Program-made: the position numbers and the translations under genes
Notes under the pieces: model-generated
Database searches by the model: none
What the model was told of the DNA's origin: nothing
Seen by the model: only the letters and a program-made list of their open reading frames with translations
Source: an uncultured Candidatus Saccharibacteria bacterium
GTDB lineage: Bacteria > Patescibacteriota > Minisyncoccia > Phycocordibacterales > UBA2100
Assembly: GCA_964424265.1 (NCBI GenBank)
Contig: CAYRHX010000006.1
Coordinates: 1 to 57,216, forward strand
Reading direction: 5' to 3'
Length of the DNA stretch: 57,216 bases
In this document: positions 26,087 to 34,350 of the stretch, one piece after another
Layout: every line of letters starts with the position of its first letter
Position numbering within the stretch: the first letter of the stretch is position 1

Positions 26087-27031
26087 TTAAATCCCCTGCG
26101 GTTGGTGGCGGAGGTAGAGGTAGATGTCTTCTAGTGCTTTTACAGCATCGCCAGCGGCGATGTTGTTTTGATGGTAGAGGCCATCGGTGCAATCGCCCGC
26201 GGCCCAGATGCGGGGATGTGAGGTGCGGTGGGTGCGGGGGTCGACTTTGATTTGTCTCACCTCGTTCATCTCTAGTGCGTTGCCGACCCACTCGGTGTTG
26301 GGAAGAAGGCCGATCTCGACGAAGATTCCTTCGACGGGAAGTAATTCTTCTTTTCCCGTTTTCGAATCTTTCCATCGTAGGCCGGAGACAAATTGCGCTC
26401 CTTCGACCGCCACGATCTCAGAGTTTTTCACGACGCGCATGTTGGGGTGAGCGAGAGCAGCGGCGATGCTGATTTCGTCGGCGCGGAATGCGTCACCGCG
26501 ATTGAAAAGCGTAACCGTTTTGCAATAGGCGAGGAGCTGTAGCGCCGTCTCGAATGCGGCGTTGCCACCTCCGATCACTGCTACGTCTTTATCGGCAAAG
26601 AGCGGGCCGTCGCACGAGGCGCAGTAGGTGAGGCCCTTTTGGTCGTACTCTTTTGCGCCAGGAATCTCAAGTTTGCGCCGAGTCGCTCCCGTTGTAATGA
26701 GCGCGGCTTTCACGTTAAACGTCTGCTTGTCTTTCAGGATGATATCGACGGATTCGTCGTGCGGTACGAGCGAGGTGGCATATGCGGGTGCCACAATAGT
26801 GAGCCAATCGCCCACGTATTCTTCAACGTGTTTTTGGAGGTTTACTGCGAGATCAGAGCCCGTGATCGAAGGGGTCCCGATCCAGTTTTGAATTTCGGTA
26901 GATGTGGTGCTTTGTCCCCCCCACTCAGCGGTGATGAAGACGGTCTTCAGACGTTTGCGGGCGGCGTATATGGCGGCGGCGGCCCCTGCGGGGCCGCCGC
27001 CAACAATTGCGAGTTCGTATGTATGTGTCAT
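26087..27031 (-). CDS. trxB: Thioredoxin-disulfide reductase
   Basis: 314 aa. GGGPAGAAAA FAD motif, redox-active CASCDG, GGGNAA NADPH motif. Confidence 0.9.
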   Translation of the reverse strand: MTHTYELAIVGGGPAGAAAAIYAARKRLKTVFITAEWGGQSTTSTEIQNWIGTPSITGSDLAVNLQKHVEEYVGDWLTIVAPAYATSLVPHDESVDIILKDKQTFNVKAALITTGATRRKLEIPGAKEYDQKGLTYCASCDGPLFADKDVAVIGGGNAAFETALQLLAYCKTVTLFNRGDAFRADEISIAAALAHPNMRVVKNSEIVAVEGAQFVSGLRWKDSKTGKEELLPVEGIFVEIGLLPNTEWVGNALEMNEVRQIKVDPRTHRTSHPRIWAAGDCTDGLYHQNNIAAGDAVKALEDIYLYLRHQPQGI

Positions 27032-27092
27032 GAAGTATTATTGGCGACTACAGGACCGCCGCGATTAACACGGATGTATTCTACTACACTCT

Positions 27093-27245
27093 AGAGCATG
27101 TTTCTAAACCTTCGCTTCGAGACGGTATTCCCTCGGAACCCGGATTTTCTTGCTGAAAGATCCTCAATCCTCGCACTCCTCGTGCTGCGGGGATTCCTCC
27201 GGGATACCGTCTCTCAGACCGGTTAAGCGTTTTCAAACATGCTCT
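27093..27245. repeat. Palindromic ~150-nt intergenic element, copy 2
   Basis: Highly similar along its whole length to 19093-19242. The block CGAGACGGTATTCCCTCGGAACCCGGATTTT and the core TCCTCAATCCTCGCACT-N-TCGTGCTGCGGGGATTCCTC are shared. Lies between trxB and the ftsZ stop. Confidence 0.8.
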
Positions 27246-27256
27246 AAAAACAACCC

Positions 27257-28456
27257 TTATTTTCTCCTCAAGAAGGAAGGAAGCCCGCCCCAGTTGTCAT
27301 CCGCATCCTCGGGCGCTGGCTTAGAAGTAATTTTGGGTGGTTCAACTCTTGGCATGTCCTTGAGAGGAGCGTGCTTCTCGACTACGATCTCATCTCGCTT
27401 CATTTCTTCGCGCGCTCGCGGGCTTACAGGAGGCACATCTTGATCTTTCTTAGCTACGAGGCGTTGAGAGCCTGCGAAAAGAGTGGAGCGTTGGCCGGGC
27501 TCTGGAAAACCCGTAGCGATAACGGTAACGCGAATCTGACCTTTCTTGAGTGTGTCGTCGGTCACAGCGCCGAAGATGACCTTCGCGTCTGGGTCGATAG
27601 CCTCTGTAATGACGTTGGCGGCATCTTGTACCTCCAGCATACCCAAATCCTCGCCTCCGGCGACGGAGAAGAGCACCCCTTTGGCACCATGGATCGACAC
27701 CTCGAGAAGAGGAGAATTGATCGCAGCGCGGGCGGCCATCTCGGCACGGTGCTCACCAATCGCGGTACCGATGCCCATGAGTGCGCTCCCGGCATTCTGC
27801 ATGATCGCGCGTACGTCGGCGAAGTCGACGTTGATGATTCCCGTCGTAGTGATGAGATCGGAGATCCCCTCGACGGCCTGCTTCAAGATGTCGTCGCACA
27901 TAGCAAACGCATTTTTGATTCCGGTTTCGCGCGAGACGATCGCGAGGAGTTTGTCGTTGGGGATTATGATGAGCGCGTCGACGGCCTTGCGCAATTCGGC
28001 AAGTCCGGCCTCGGCGAGTCGCATGCGCTGCTGTCCTTCAAATCCGAAAGGGCGCGTCACCACTCCGACCGTGAGTGCTCCGAGCTCTCGCGCGATCTTC
28101 GCCACCGCGGGTGCCGCGCCTGTCCCCGTGCCTCCGCCCATGCCACATGTGATGAAGACCATGTCGGAGCCTTTGATCGCTTCTTGTATATCCTCGCGCG
28201 TTTCTTCTGCCGCTTGTTTGCCGATCTCGGCGTTCATTCCTGCGCCCAATCCGCGAGTAATGTTTTTGCCGATGTGAATTTTGCGCTTCGCCTTTGATTT
28301 ATGGAGGTCCTGCGCGTCGGTGTTGATGGCAATGAAATCGACGCCCATGACGTGCGTATTCACCATGTGGTTGACGGCGTTGCCACCGGAACCTCCCACT
28401 CCAATAACTCGTATCCTTGCAAACGACTCTACATCCGGCTTTACTTGTTTGCTCAT
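27257..28456 (-). CDS. ftsZ: Cell division protein FtsZ
   Basis: ORF trimmed to ATG 28456 (MSKQVKPD...[12 protein letters not shown]). Tubulin signature [10 protein letters not shown]. Confidence 0.95.
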   Translation of the reverse strand: MSKQVKPDVESFARIRVIGVGGSGGNAVNHMVNTHVMGVDFIAINTDAQDLHKSKAKRKIHIGKNITRGLGAGMNAEIGKQAAEETREDIQEAIKGSDMVFITCGMGGGTGTGAAPAVAKIARELGALTVGVVTRPFGFEGQQRMRLAEAGLAELRKAVDALIIIPNDKLLAIVSRETGIKNAFAMCDDILKQAVEGISDLITTTGIINVDFADVRAIMQNAGSALMGIGTAIGEHRAEMAARAAINSPLLEVSIHGAKGVLFSVAGGEDLGMLEVQDAANVITEAIDPDAKVIFGAVTDDTLKKGQIRVTVIATGFPEPGQRSTLFAGSQRLVAKKDQDVPPVSPRAREEMKRDEIVVEKHAPLKDMPRVEPPKITSKPAPEDADDNWGGLPSFLRRK

Positions 28457-28554
28457 AGTGAGGACATAATAGCACCTTCTTGTTCTAGGCAAACTTGACC
28501 ATGTTTCAGTCCAATGTTCGAGTTTCGCTCATGTATTTGCGGATAATTCGCATG

Positions 28555-29727
28555 TTACGGGAGGAAAGAGCGGAGGGTTTGGAGAAATGAATCCCATGCG
28601 TCGCCTGCGATACTGCCGAAGGAGCGGTGGCTGCCGCTCACATCTTCTGCGTACCCCCAACGGCATAGTCCAAACGCGACGGCCCATGTCGCATCGATCC
28701 CGGCTGATCGTGGAAGGTGACCGATCTGAGAAATCTGTGAAGGGAGTTGCAAGACGGCGCGCGCGATGTCGGATGCCGAAGAAAGACCCGAGCCGCCACC
28801 AGTGATCACGACTCCCGCGGGAAGAAGGCGATGACGATCAATGGTTTTTAAATGAGCGTTTACGAGCGTGTACATTTCTTTGAGGCGCGCACTCACGAGT
28901 GTATACATTTTTTTCTCGGGTACGTCGCTCCCCGTTACGCCTCCGCGTTTTAAGCTTTCGGCTTCGGGAAGTGGAATCTTGAATGAGAGCGCGATGGATT
29001 CGGTGATGTTCGACGAGCCTGTGGGGAATATTTTTAAAGAAATAGGAGTGTCGTTTTCAAATACTGCTACAGAAAGGGTCTCCGCGCCAATGTTTGCAAG
29101 GACCACGCCAGCGGTCTTTTGCGCCTTGGTGAGCGTAACAAGGCTCGCCGCGAGAGGCGATGCCATAACTCCCTCGACCTCAATGCCGACAGCTTCCACT
29201 GCTTCCACGATGTCTTCTTGGTGCTGCGATAGCATGGTGATGAGGAGTGCGTCGATCGCAAGGCGGGTGCCCTGGAGTCCGAGTGGGCTGCCGAAAACCT
29301 TATTTCCGTCGATTCGGTACTCGAGGGGGATTGCGTGTATCACCGATCTGTTGGTGAGTTTGGATGAGGCGCGCTTTTCTGTCTCGCGCAGAGCGCGCTC
29401 AATTTCGCGGTCTGTGACGATGCCTCCGGAGGCCGTGAGCGGTATTTCACCGGAACTTCGAATCTCGTCGAGCCCGATCCCTCCGAGGCCGACGCGACAT
29501 GTGCGGACCTTTACTTTGGCCGCGCCTACGGCGCGGCCCAGCGCCTCGCGGATCGCCTTTGTCGCCTCTTTCTTATCAATGATGTACCCGTGTCGCAGGC
29601 CGCGCGAAGCAGAAGTGCCGGTGCCGATGATGGTGAGGGGGAATTCTGGGTTTTCTCCGGGTGCTGCAATGACCACTTTTACGTGGTACGTGCCGATGTC
29701 TATGCCTGTGTAGAATTGCCGTGCCAT
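28555..29727 (-). CDS. ftsA: Cell division protein FtsA
   Basis: ORF trimmed to ATG 29727 (MARQFYTGIDIGTYHVKVVIA). Actin-like ATPase motifs. Located upstream of ftsZ. Confidence 0.9.
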   Translation of the reverse strand: MARQFYTGIDIGTYHVKVVIAAPGENPEFPLTIIGTGTSASRGLRHGYIIDKKEATKAIREALGRAVGAAKVKVRTCRVGLGGIGLDEIRSSGEIPLTASGGIVTDREIERALRETEKRASSKLTNRSVIHAIPLEYRIDGNKVFGSPLGLQGTRLAIDALLITMLSQHQEDIVEAVEAVGIEVEGVMASPLAASLVTLTKAQKTAGVVLANIGAETLSVAVFENDTPISLKIFPTGSSNITESIALSFKIPLPEAESLKRGGVTGSDVPEKKMYTLVSARLKEMYTLVNAHLKTIDRHRLLPAGVVITGGGSGLSSASDIARAVLQLPSQISQIGHLPRSAGIDATWAVAFGLCRWGYAEDVSGSHRSFGSIAGDAWDSFLQTLRSFLP

Positions 29728-30101
29728 TCGAAAGAGAAAGCGCGCAGCGTGTCGCGCTCCTTGCCCTCCATTGTACGCCCATGTTGAAGCCCCTTCAAAT
29801 GATAACAACCGTGGACAAACAGGAGCGCCATACGTTCGCGCGCAGCAATGCCGAATCGACGCGATTCACGTTCTGCTTTGCGCAGGTTCAAAAATATTTC
29901 ACCCTCGTGTTTTGAAAGAGAAAACGAAAGTACGTTGGGCGCGTAGGTCTTTTTGCGGTGCTCGCGATTCATGCGGCGCGCGAGTGTATCGGCGCAGACG
30001 ACGAGAGAGAGGTCATAGTCGCGCCCGAGTATTGCGCGCGCTATTTGTTGAAACGGTACACGCGGCGCGCGGTCGCGGATTGTCTTGGTGATACTTGTCA
30101 T
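29700..30101 (-). CDS. ybeY: rRNA maturation endoribonuclease YbeY
   Basis: ORF 29700-30386 trimmed to ATG 30101 (MTSITKTIRD...). Zinc motif HGCYHLKGLQH. The 3' end overlaps the ftsA start by 28 nt. Confidence 0.85.
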   Translation of the reverse strand: MTSITKTIRDRAPRVPFQQIARAILGRDYDLSLVVCADTLARRMNREHRKKTYAPNVLSFSLSKHEGEIFLNLRKAERESRRFGIAARERMALLFVHGCYHLKGLQHGRTMEGKERDTLRAFSFEWHGNSTQA

Positions 30102-30107
30102 GGCACT

Positions 30108-30130
30108 ATAACGACTTCGTAAGTCGTTAT
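30108..30130. repeat. REP-like hairpin ATAACGACT-TCGTA-AGTCGTTAT (orphan copy)
   Basis: 9-bp stem and 5-nt loop in the 37-nt gap between ybeY and rpsU. It has the same ATAACGAC...GTCGTTAT arms as the hairpins flanking the RAYT gene at 41.1-41.9 kb. Confidence 0.6.
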
Positions 30131-30138
30131 GCGTTTTG

Positions 30139-30459
30139 TTAGCGAGCGATCGGGGTCGCTTCAGCGGGCTTCGGAGTCGTTGGCTGCTCACGATTGAAAG
30201 ACGGGCGGCCACCGCGTCCGCGACCGACGGGGGTCTCGGAGACTTTGCCTTCTTTGACGAGTTGTTTGAATTCAGCGCGGCGTTTGATGAGCTTGAGCGC
30301 GCGCTTCTTTTTAACGATTTTGGATGCGCTGCGAACATGGTAGCGCTGGCCGCGGACAGTTCGTATGAGTCCGGTGCCCTGTACACGACGGCTGAATTTG
30401 CGAATGGTAGAGAGCGTGCTCTCGTTGCCGCTCTTTGAGACTTCTGCGTTGATCGACAT
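30139..30459 (-). CDS. rpsU: 30S ribosomal protein S21 with a basic/Pro-rich C-terminal extension
   Basis: ORF trimmed to ATG 30459. The core is GNESTLSTIRKFSRRVQGTGLIRTVRGQRYHVRSASKIVKKKRAL. The tail is ...GRGRGGRPSFNREQPTTPKPAEATPIAR. Confidence 0.8.
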   Translation of the reverse strand: MSINAEVSKSGNESTLSTIRKFSRRVQGTGLIRTVRGQRYHVRSASKIVKKKRALKLIKRRAEFKQLVKEGKVSETPVGRGRGGRPSFNREQPTTPKPAEATPIAR

Positions 30460-30756
30460 GTGGAGAGACAATATCAGAGATGCCTAGAAAAGTCCACTAT
30501 TCTGCCTTACCGAATCTCGTACGTTACCGTCACGTTGGATGTGATTTTGTTCTGACCAGTTGGAGTCTCAGGAGGCGGGGCGCGCTCAGCGCCACCCATT
30601 CCCACGGCATCCATGCTCAGCGCTTTCGCAATAGTAGATCGGCCCGCCACCTCCGCTCTCGCTAAATCCGACGATCCGCACTCCGAGTGACTCTCCTACC
30701 GAGGTTTAACCTCGGTGGATTTAATGTAAGGCCTGGAGAGGTAAAAGTTTGTTACG

Positions 30757-31698
30757 TTACTTGACCGTAATGTCAGCAATCTTCGTCGTTTGCTCGAGTA
30801 CGGTGGATGAGTTGAGGCTTTGGTCATAGGTTGTGATTTTGAAACTGATCATCGTCGAGTACGGTAGCCACCCGGTGTCTGGCAGGCGGACAGAGATGTA
30901 CGATTTCTCCACGAAATCATCGGATGTAATGGTAGTGAACGCACCCGCTCCGTTCGTAATATCGTGATAGTTGTATTTAAGATTGATTTTTACAGGCTCA
31001 CTTGCTCCAATAGTAAATTCCAGGAATGAATTGCCCGCAGTCCTACTAATGGCGACCGCATCTATTACGGGTGCGACGTTGTCTACAGGCGTTGTAATGT
31101 CTTTCTGCTCGGATGATGCAACTTGACCGCTTGGCGAATTTACTTCAACTACATAATGATATGTTTTGTCAGGAAATGTTGGGATTTTTACTTGATGCGA
31201 TGTTGTGTCGGTCGTATATGCGATGGTATTACCCGTCACAGTCGCCGTAGGCCACAGCACGACCTTACCGTTGGAGTTTACGTTCGTGTTCCACTGAACC
31301 AATATTTCGTGGGAGTAAGGAATTACTCGCACATTTGTCAGCTCCAGCTTCGGTTCACTCGGCGTTGCTGGCGTTTGAGTGCCAGGTGATCCGCCTTGTT
31401 CAATCAGCTTAGTTTGAACAGGAAAGGGTTTCGGAGGTATTGTCGATTTTTTCTGTGCTGCTTGTCCACTCTTTAGCATTTCCAACTCTTTTCGTAGTCG
31501 CTCTATTTCCAATGATTCACTGGTAGTGGCGATAGATTGCTCGGCCACTTGTAAAGAGGATGCAGTTTCCGGTGTTTCCTGCTGCTGTGAGGGTACGGCC
31601 GCCTTTGAAGCGCCCGAAAAAAGAATAACCACACTCGTTACGGCGGCGGCTATTTTGATTGCAATTGAGTGGAAGAAATTAAACATAGTCACAGTCAA
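30757..31698 (-). CDS. Secreted or membrane-anchored protein with a coiled-coil and Fn3/Ig-like beta domains
   Basis: 313 aa. N-terminal hydrophobic signal/anchor, a LEIERLRKELEMLK coiled coil, and a beta-rich C-terminal part (VRVIPYSHEILVQWNTNVNSNGKVV...). Confidence 0.5.
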   Translation of the reverse strand: MTVTMFNFFHSIAIKIAAAVTSVVILFSGASKAAVPSQQQETPETASSLQVAEQSIATTSESLEIERLRKELEMLKSGQAAQKKSTIPPKPFPVQTKLIEQGGSPGTQTPATPSEPKLELTNVRVIPYSHEILVQWNTNVNSNGKVVLWPTATVTGNTIAYTTDTTSHQVKIPTFPDKTYHYVVEVNSPSGQVASSEQKDITTPVDNVAPVIDAVAISRTAGNSFLEFTIGASEPVKINLKYNYHDITNGAGAFTTITSDDFVEKSYISVRLPDTGWLPYSTMISFKITTYDQSLNSSTVLEQTTKIADITVK

Positions 31699-31704
31699 TT
31701 GTTT

Positions 31705-32931
31705 TTACGCGTGCGCTTCGGTCTTCCACGCGCCGATGCGGCGGCGGCGGAGGTAACCGGGGAGATCGGCGAGGGGGATGGCATCCTGAGAATTTGTCGC
31801 GACTTCGCGCACGAGAATCGTACCTTCTACGGCTTCTTTATGTCCCATGATGAGTATGTAGGGGACACTCAATTCGCGCGCAGAATTCATTTGTTCGGCG
31901 ATGCGTTCGTGCCATAACCCTTGATGCACGGGAATAGCGGCTCGTCGCAAATTCTCCATGACCGAAAGCGCACGCCTCCGCGCCTCGCCCCCTAAGTGGG
32001 CAAAGTAGATCGATGGTTGGGCCTCTCCTTGTGGCACGCGCTTCTCTTGAGGTGCGCGTGTTTTGCCGCGTATTTCACACGTTATCGAAATCATCGCGGC
32101 GGATGCAGGGGTCCGTGCAAAACGACTTGCAAGAGGGTCATATCGTCCGCCAAAGGCGAGGGGCACGCGTGCTCCGCTTTCCGCGTCTGAGGTAGAGATT
32201 TCGAAAAGTGAATGCGACCAACAATCGCGGCTTCCGAGAATGTGCGCGTTTAACTCGTACGGCAGGCCAAAGATTTCGAGGTACTCCAGAAATTCCCAAA
32301 AGCGCCTTCGTTCTTCCTCGGTCAGGTATTCCATCGCTTGCGGCGCGCGCGGAGTGGCGGGATGGCCGCGTTCAATGAGCTGCACGAGAGTGCCAAGAGG
32401 ATCGGTCGCAGCACGAGGACGAAGCGTAGGTGAGATAGATTCGATGTGTTTGCGTAGATACAGACCGACGTCACGAACAAAACGATTCGACGATTCCGAA
32501 GAGCCGATGTTGTTGACGGAGAGGACGCGTTCTTTGATTCCCGACTCCTCAGCGATTGCGTTGGCCACTACTACGAGGAGTGCCTCCGCGATCGCGCTTG
32601 CAGGTCCTACGATGTGAAGCTCGAGAGACACAGAAGGAAGGGTCGCGTTGTTTTCAAGGATTTTCCACGCGAGCAGCGCGCCGTTTTTCTGAGCCGAAAT
32701 GAGACATTTGCGTGCCGAAGAAAGTAGGGTGCGCTCGTCGCGTCGCGCAAAAGAGATCTCCGACTCTACTTTTGAAAGCGGGAGAATGGGTTGTCGCGCG
32801 ATTCCTTCTATAGAGGCTGGTGCGCGTGCTGCTGTCTCAAGCGGAGAGAATCCATAATACTCGGCGACGCGGATAGCGGCGCCCAGAAACGCTGCCGTGT
32901 TCTGATGCTGTGTGTCTTTCAATCGAATCAT
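31705..32931 (-). CDS. Histidyl-tRNA synthetase-like protein (class II core with degenerate motifs plus an anticodon-binding domain)
   Basis: 408 aa. GGRYDPLASRF (the GGRYD region of HisRS/HisZ). The C-terminal IYFAHLGGEARRRAL...YILIMGHKEAVEGTILVREV is a typical HGTP anticodon-binding domain. The N-terminal motifs 1 and 2 are not recognisable. Confidence 0.6.
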   Translation of the reverse strand: MIRLKDTQHQNTAAFLGAAIRVAEYYGFSPLETAARAPASIEGIARQPILPLSKVESEISFARRDERTLLSSARKCLISAQKNGALLAWKILENNATLPSVSLELHIVGPASAIAEALLVVVANAIAEESGIKERVLSVNNIGSSESSNRFVRDVGLYLRKHIESISPTLRPRAATDPLGTLVQLIERGHPATPRAPQAMEYLTEEERRRFWEFLEYLEIFGLPYELNAHILGSRDCWSHSLFEISTSDAESGARVPLAFGGRYDPLASRFARTPASAAMISITCEIRGKTRAPQEKRVPQGEAQPSIYFAHLGGEARRRALSVMENLRRAAIPVHQGLWHERIAEQMNSARELSVPYILIMGHKEAVEGTILVREVATNSQDAIPLADLPGYLRRRRIGAWKTEAHA

Positions 32932-32942
32932 ACGATGTAATG

Positions 32943-33581
32943 TTATTCGCGGGTGGTCAGGTCGGGCGCGTATGTGGAGTGAGAGGGCAATATGCTTATC
33001 GCATTAAATGGGTAGAGTCGAAGCACAACACGCCCTACTATTTCGTCTTGTGGCAATACGCCCCAGATTCGTGAGTCGGCCGAGACGCGTCGATTGTCTC
33101 CGAGCACAAAATATTCTCCCGATGCGAGCGTGACTCGCTGATTGGATGCTCCGCCAAGATTCGCGGTGCTCAGATAGGGTTCTTCAAGGGTAAAACCTTC
33201 CGGATGCTCTTCATTGATGATGCTGACTTCGTTGCCGGACAGCGCGACAGTTTCTCCAGGGAGGCCGATCACGCGCTTGATGAGCGCTCTCGAGGTGTTT
33301 TGTGGCAAATCGAAGATCACGACATCTCCGCGAGCGGGTTTGTCGAATTTGTATGTGATTCTGTCGACGATCAAATACTCCCAATCATGAAAGTTGGGCT
33401 CCATGGAGGCGCCCGAGACTACATAAGGAGCTGCAATGAAGAAACGGATGAAGAGCGCGAGGCCGAGCGCGACTACCGTGTATGTAAAGAGGGAATGATC
33501 TGTCTTTTTTATTGGGACAATTTCTTCTGGAACAGATTGTGATGAACTCTCGTGCATCACAGAATCATTCATGTGCGACAT
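32943..33581 (-). CDS. lepB: Signal peptidase I
   Basis: 212 aa. TM anchor, catalytic SGASMEP, KRVIGLPGE, GDNRRVSADSR. Confidence 0.85.
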   Translation of the reverse strand: MSHMNDSVMHESSSQSVPEEIVPIKKTDHSLFTYTVVALGLALFIRFFIAAPYVVSGASMEPNFHDWEYLIVDRITYKFDKPARGDVVIFDLPQNTSRALIKRVIGLPGETVALSGNEVSIINEEHPEGFTLEEPYLSTANLGGASNQRVTLASGEYFVLGDNRRVSADSRIWGVLPQDEIVGRVVLRLYPFNAISILPSHSTYAPDLTTRE

Positions 33582-33715
33582 TCTACAGCTTCTTCCACGT
33601 TGACATCAAGTGGTTAGTAGTTTGTAGATGATAATTTTGTAGTTTATAGTTGCGGGGAGAGGCGTGTGCGCGATCTTTACTCCCAAGGTACAAACTGAAA
33701 ACTAAAAATCACTTT

Positions 33716-34306
33716 ATGGCATGGATACTTGTAGGTTTAGGCAATCCTGGAGAAGAGTACGACTCGACGCGGCACAATGCCGGGCGCATGGCGCTCGATT
33801 TCTTTGCAAAAGAGCAGAAGTTTGGCGATTGGAAGGAGGATAAGAAGGCTAAAGCGCGTGTCGCGAGTGGTATGGTGGGGAAAAATACTGTCGTTTTGGT
33901 CAATCCCGACACCTTCATGAATAAATCGGGCACTGCAGTTCTGAAATTTGTAAAAAGTCTGAAGGCAGCGGAGCGTATGGTGGTGCTCTACGACGATATG
34001 GATCTGCCGCTTGGCACGATCAAGCTCTCGTTTGATAGGGGAAGTGGCGGGCACAAAGGCGTGGAGTCGATTATGCGAGCAGTGAAGACCAAAAAGTTTG
34101 TTCGTGTGCGTATCGGCGTCTCGCCGACGACCCCGGGAGGTACGCTCAAGAAGCCGCACGGGGAGAAAGACGTGATTCGATTTATTCTCGCGAAGTTTAA
34201 ACCTGCTGAGCTGGCAGAATTAAAGCCGTTGTGGAAAAAGATCGGGCAGGCACTGCAGGTGATCGTGTCGGAGGGTCGCCAACGCGCGATGAATCAATTC
34301 AACTGA
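33716..34306 (+). CDS. pth: Peptidyl-tRNA hydrolase
   Basis: ORF trimmed to ATG 33716 (MAWILVGLGNPGEEYDSTRHNAG). Confidence 0.9.
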   Translation: MAWILVGLGNPGEEYDSTRHNAGRMALDFFAKEQKFGDWKEDKKAKARVASGMVGKNTVVLVNPDTFMNKSGTAVLKFVKSLKAAERMVVLYDDMDLPLGTIKLSFDRGSGGHKGVESIMRAVKTKKFVRVRIGVSPTTPGGTLKKPHGEKDVIRFILAKFKPAELAELKPLWKKIGQALQVIVSEGRQRAMNQFN

Positions 34307-34336
34307 AAAGCCGCCGCGCAAAGCGCGGCGGCTTTT
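34306..34336. terminator. Bidirectional rho-independent terminator between convergent pth and rpsA
   Basis: AAAAGCCGCCGCG-CAAA-GCGCGGCGGCTTTT. Confidence 0.75.
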
Positions 34337-34350
34337 CTTTCTCACACAAT

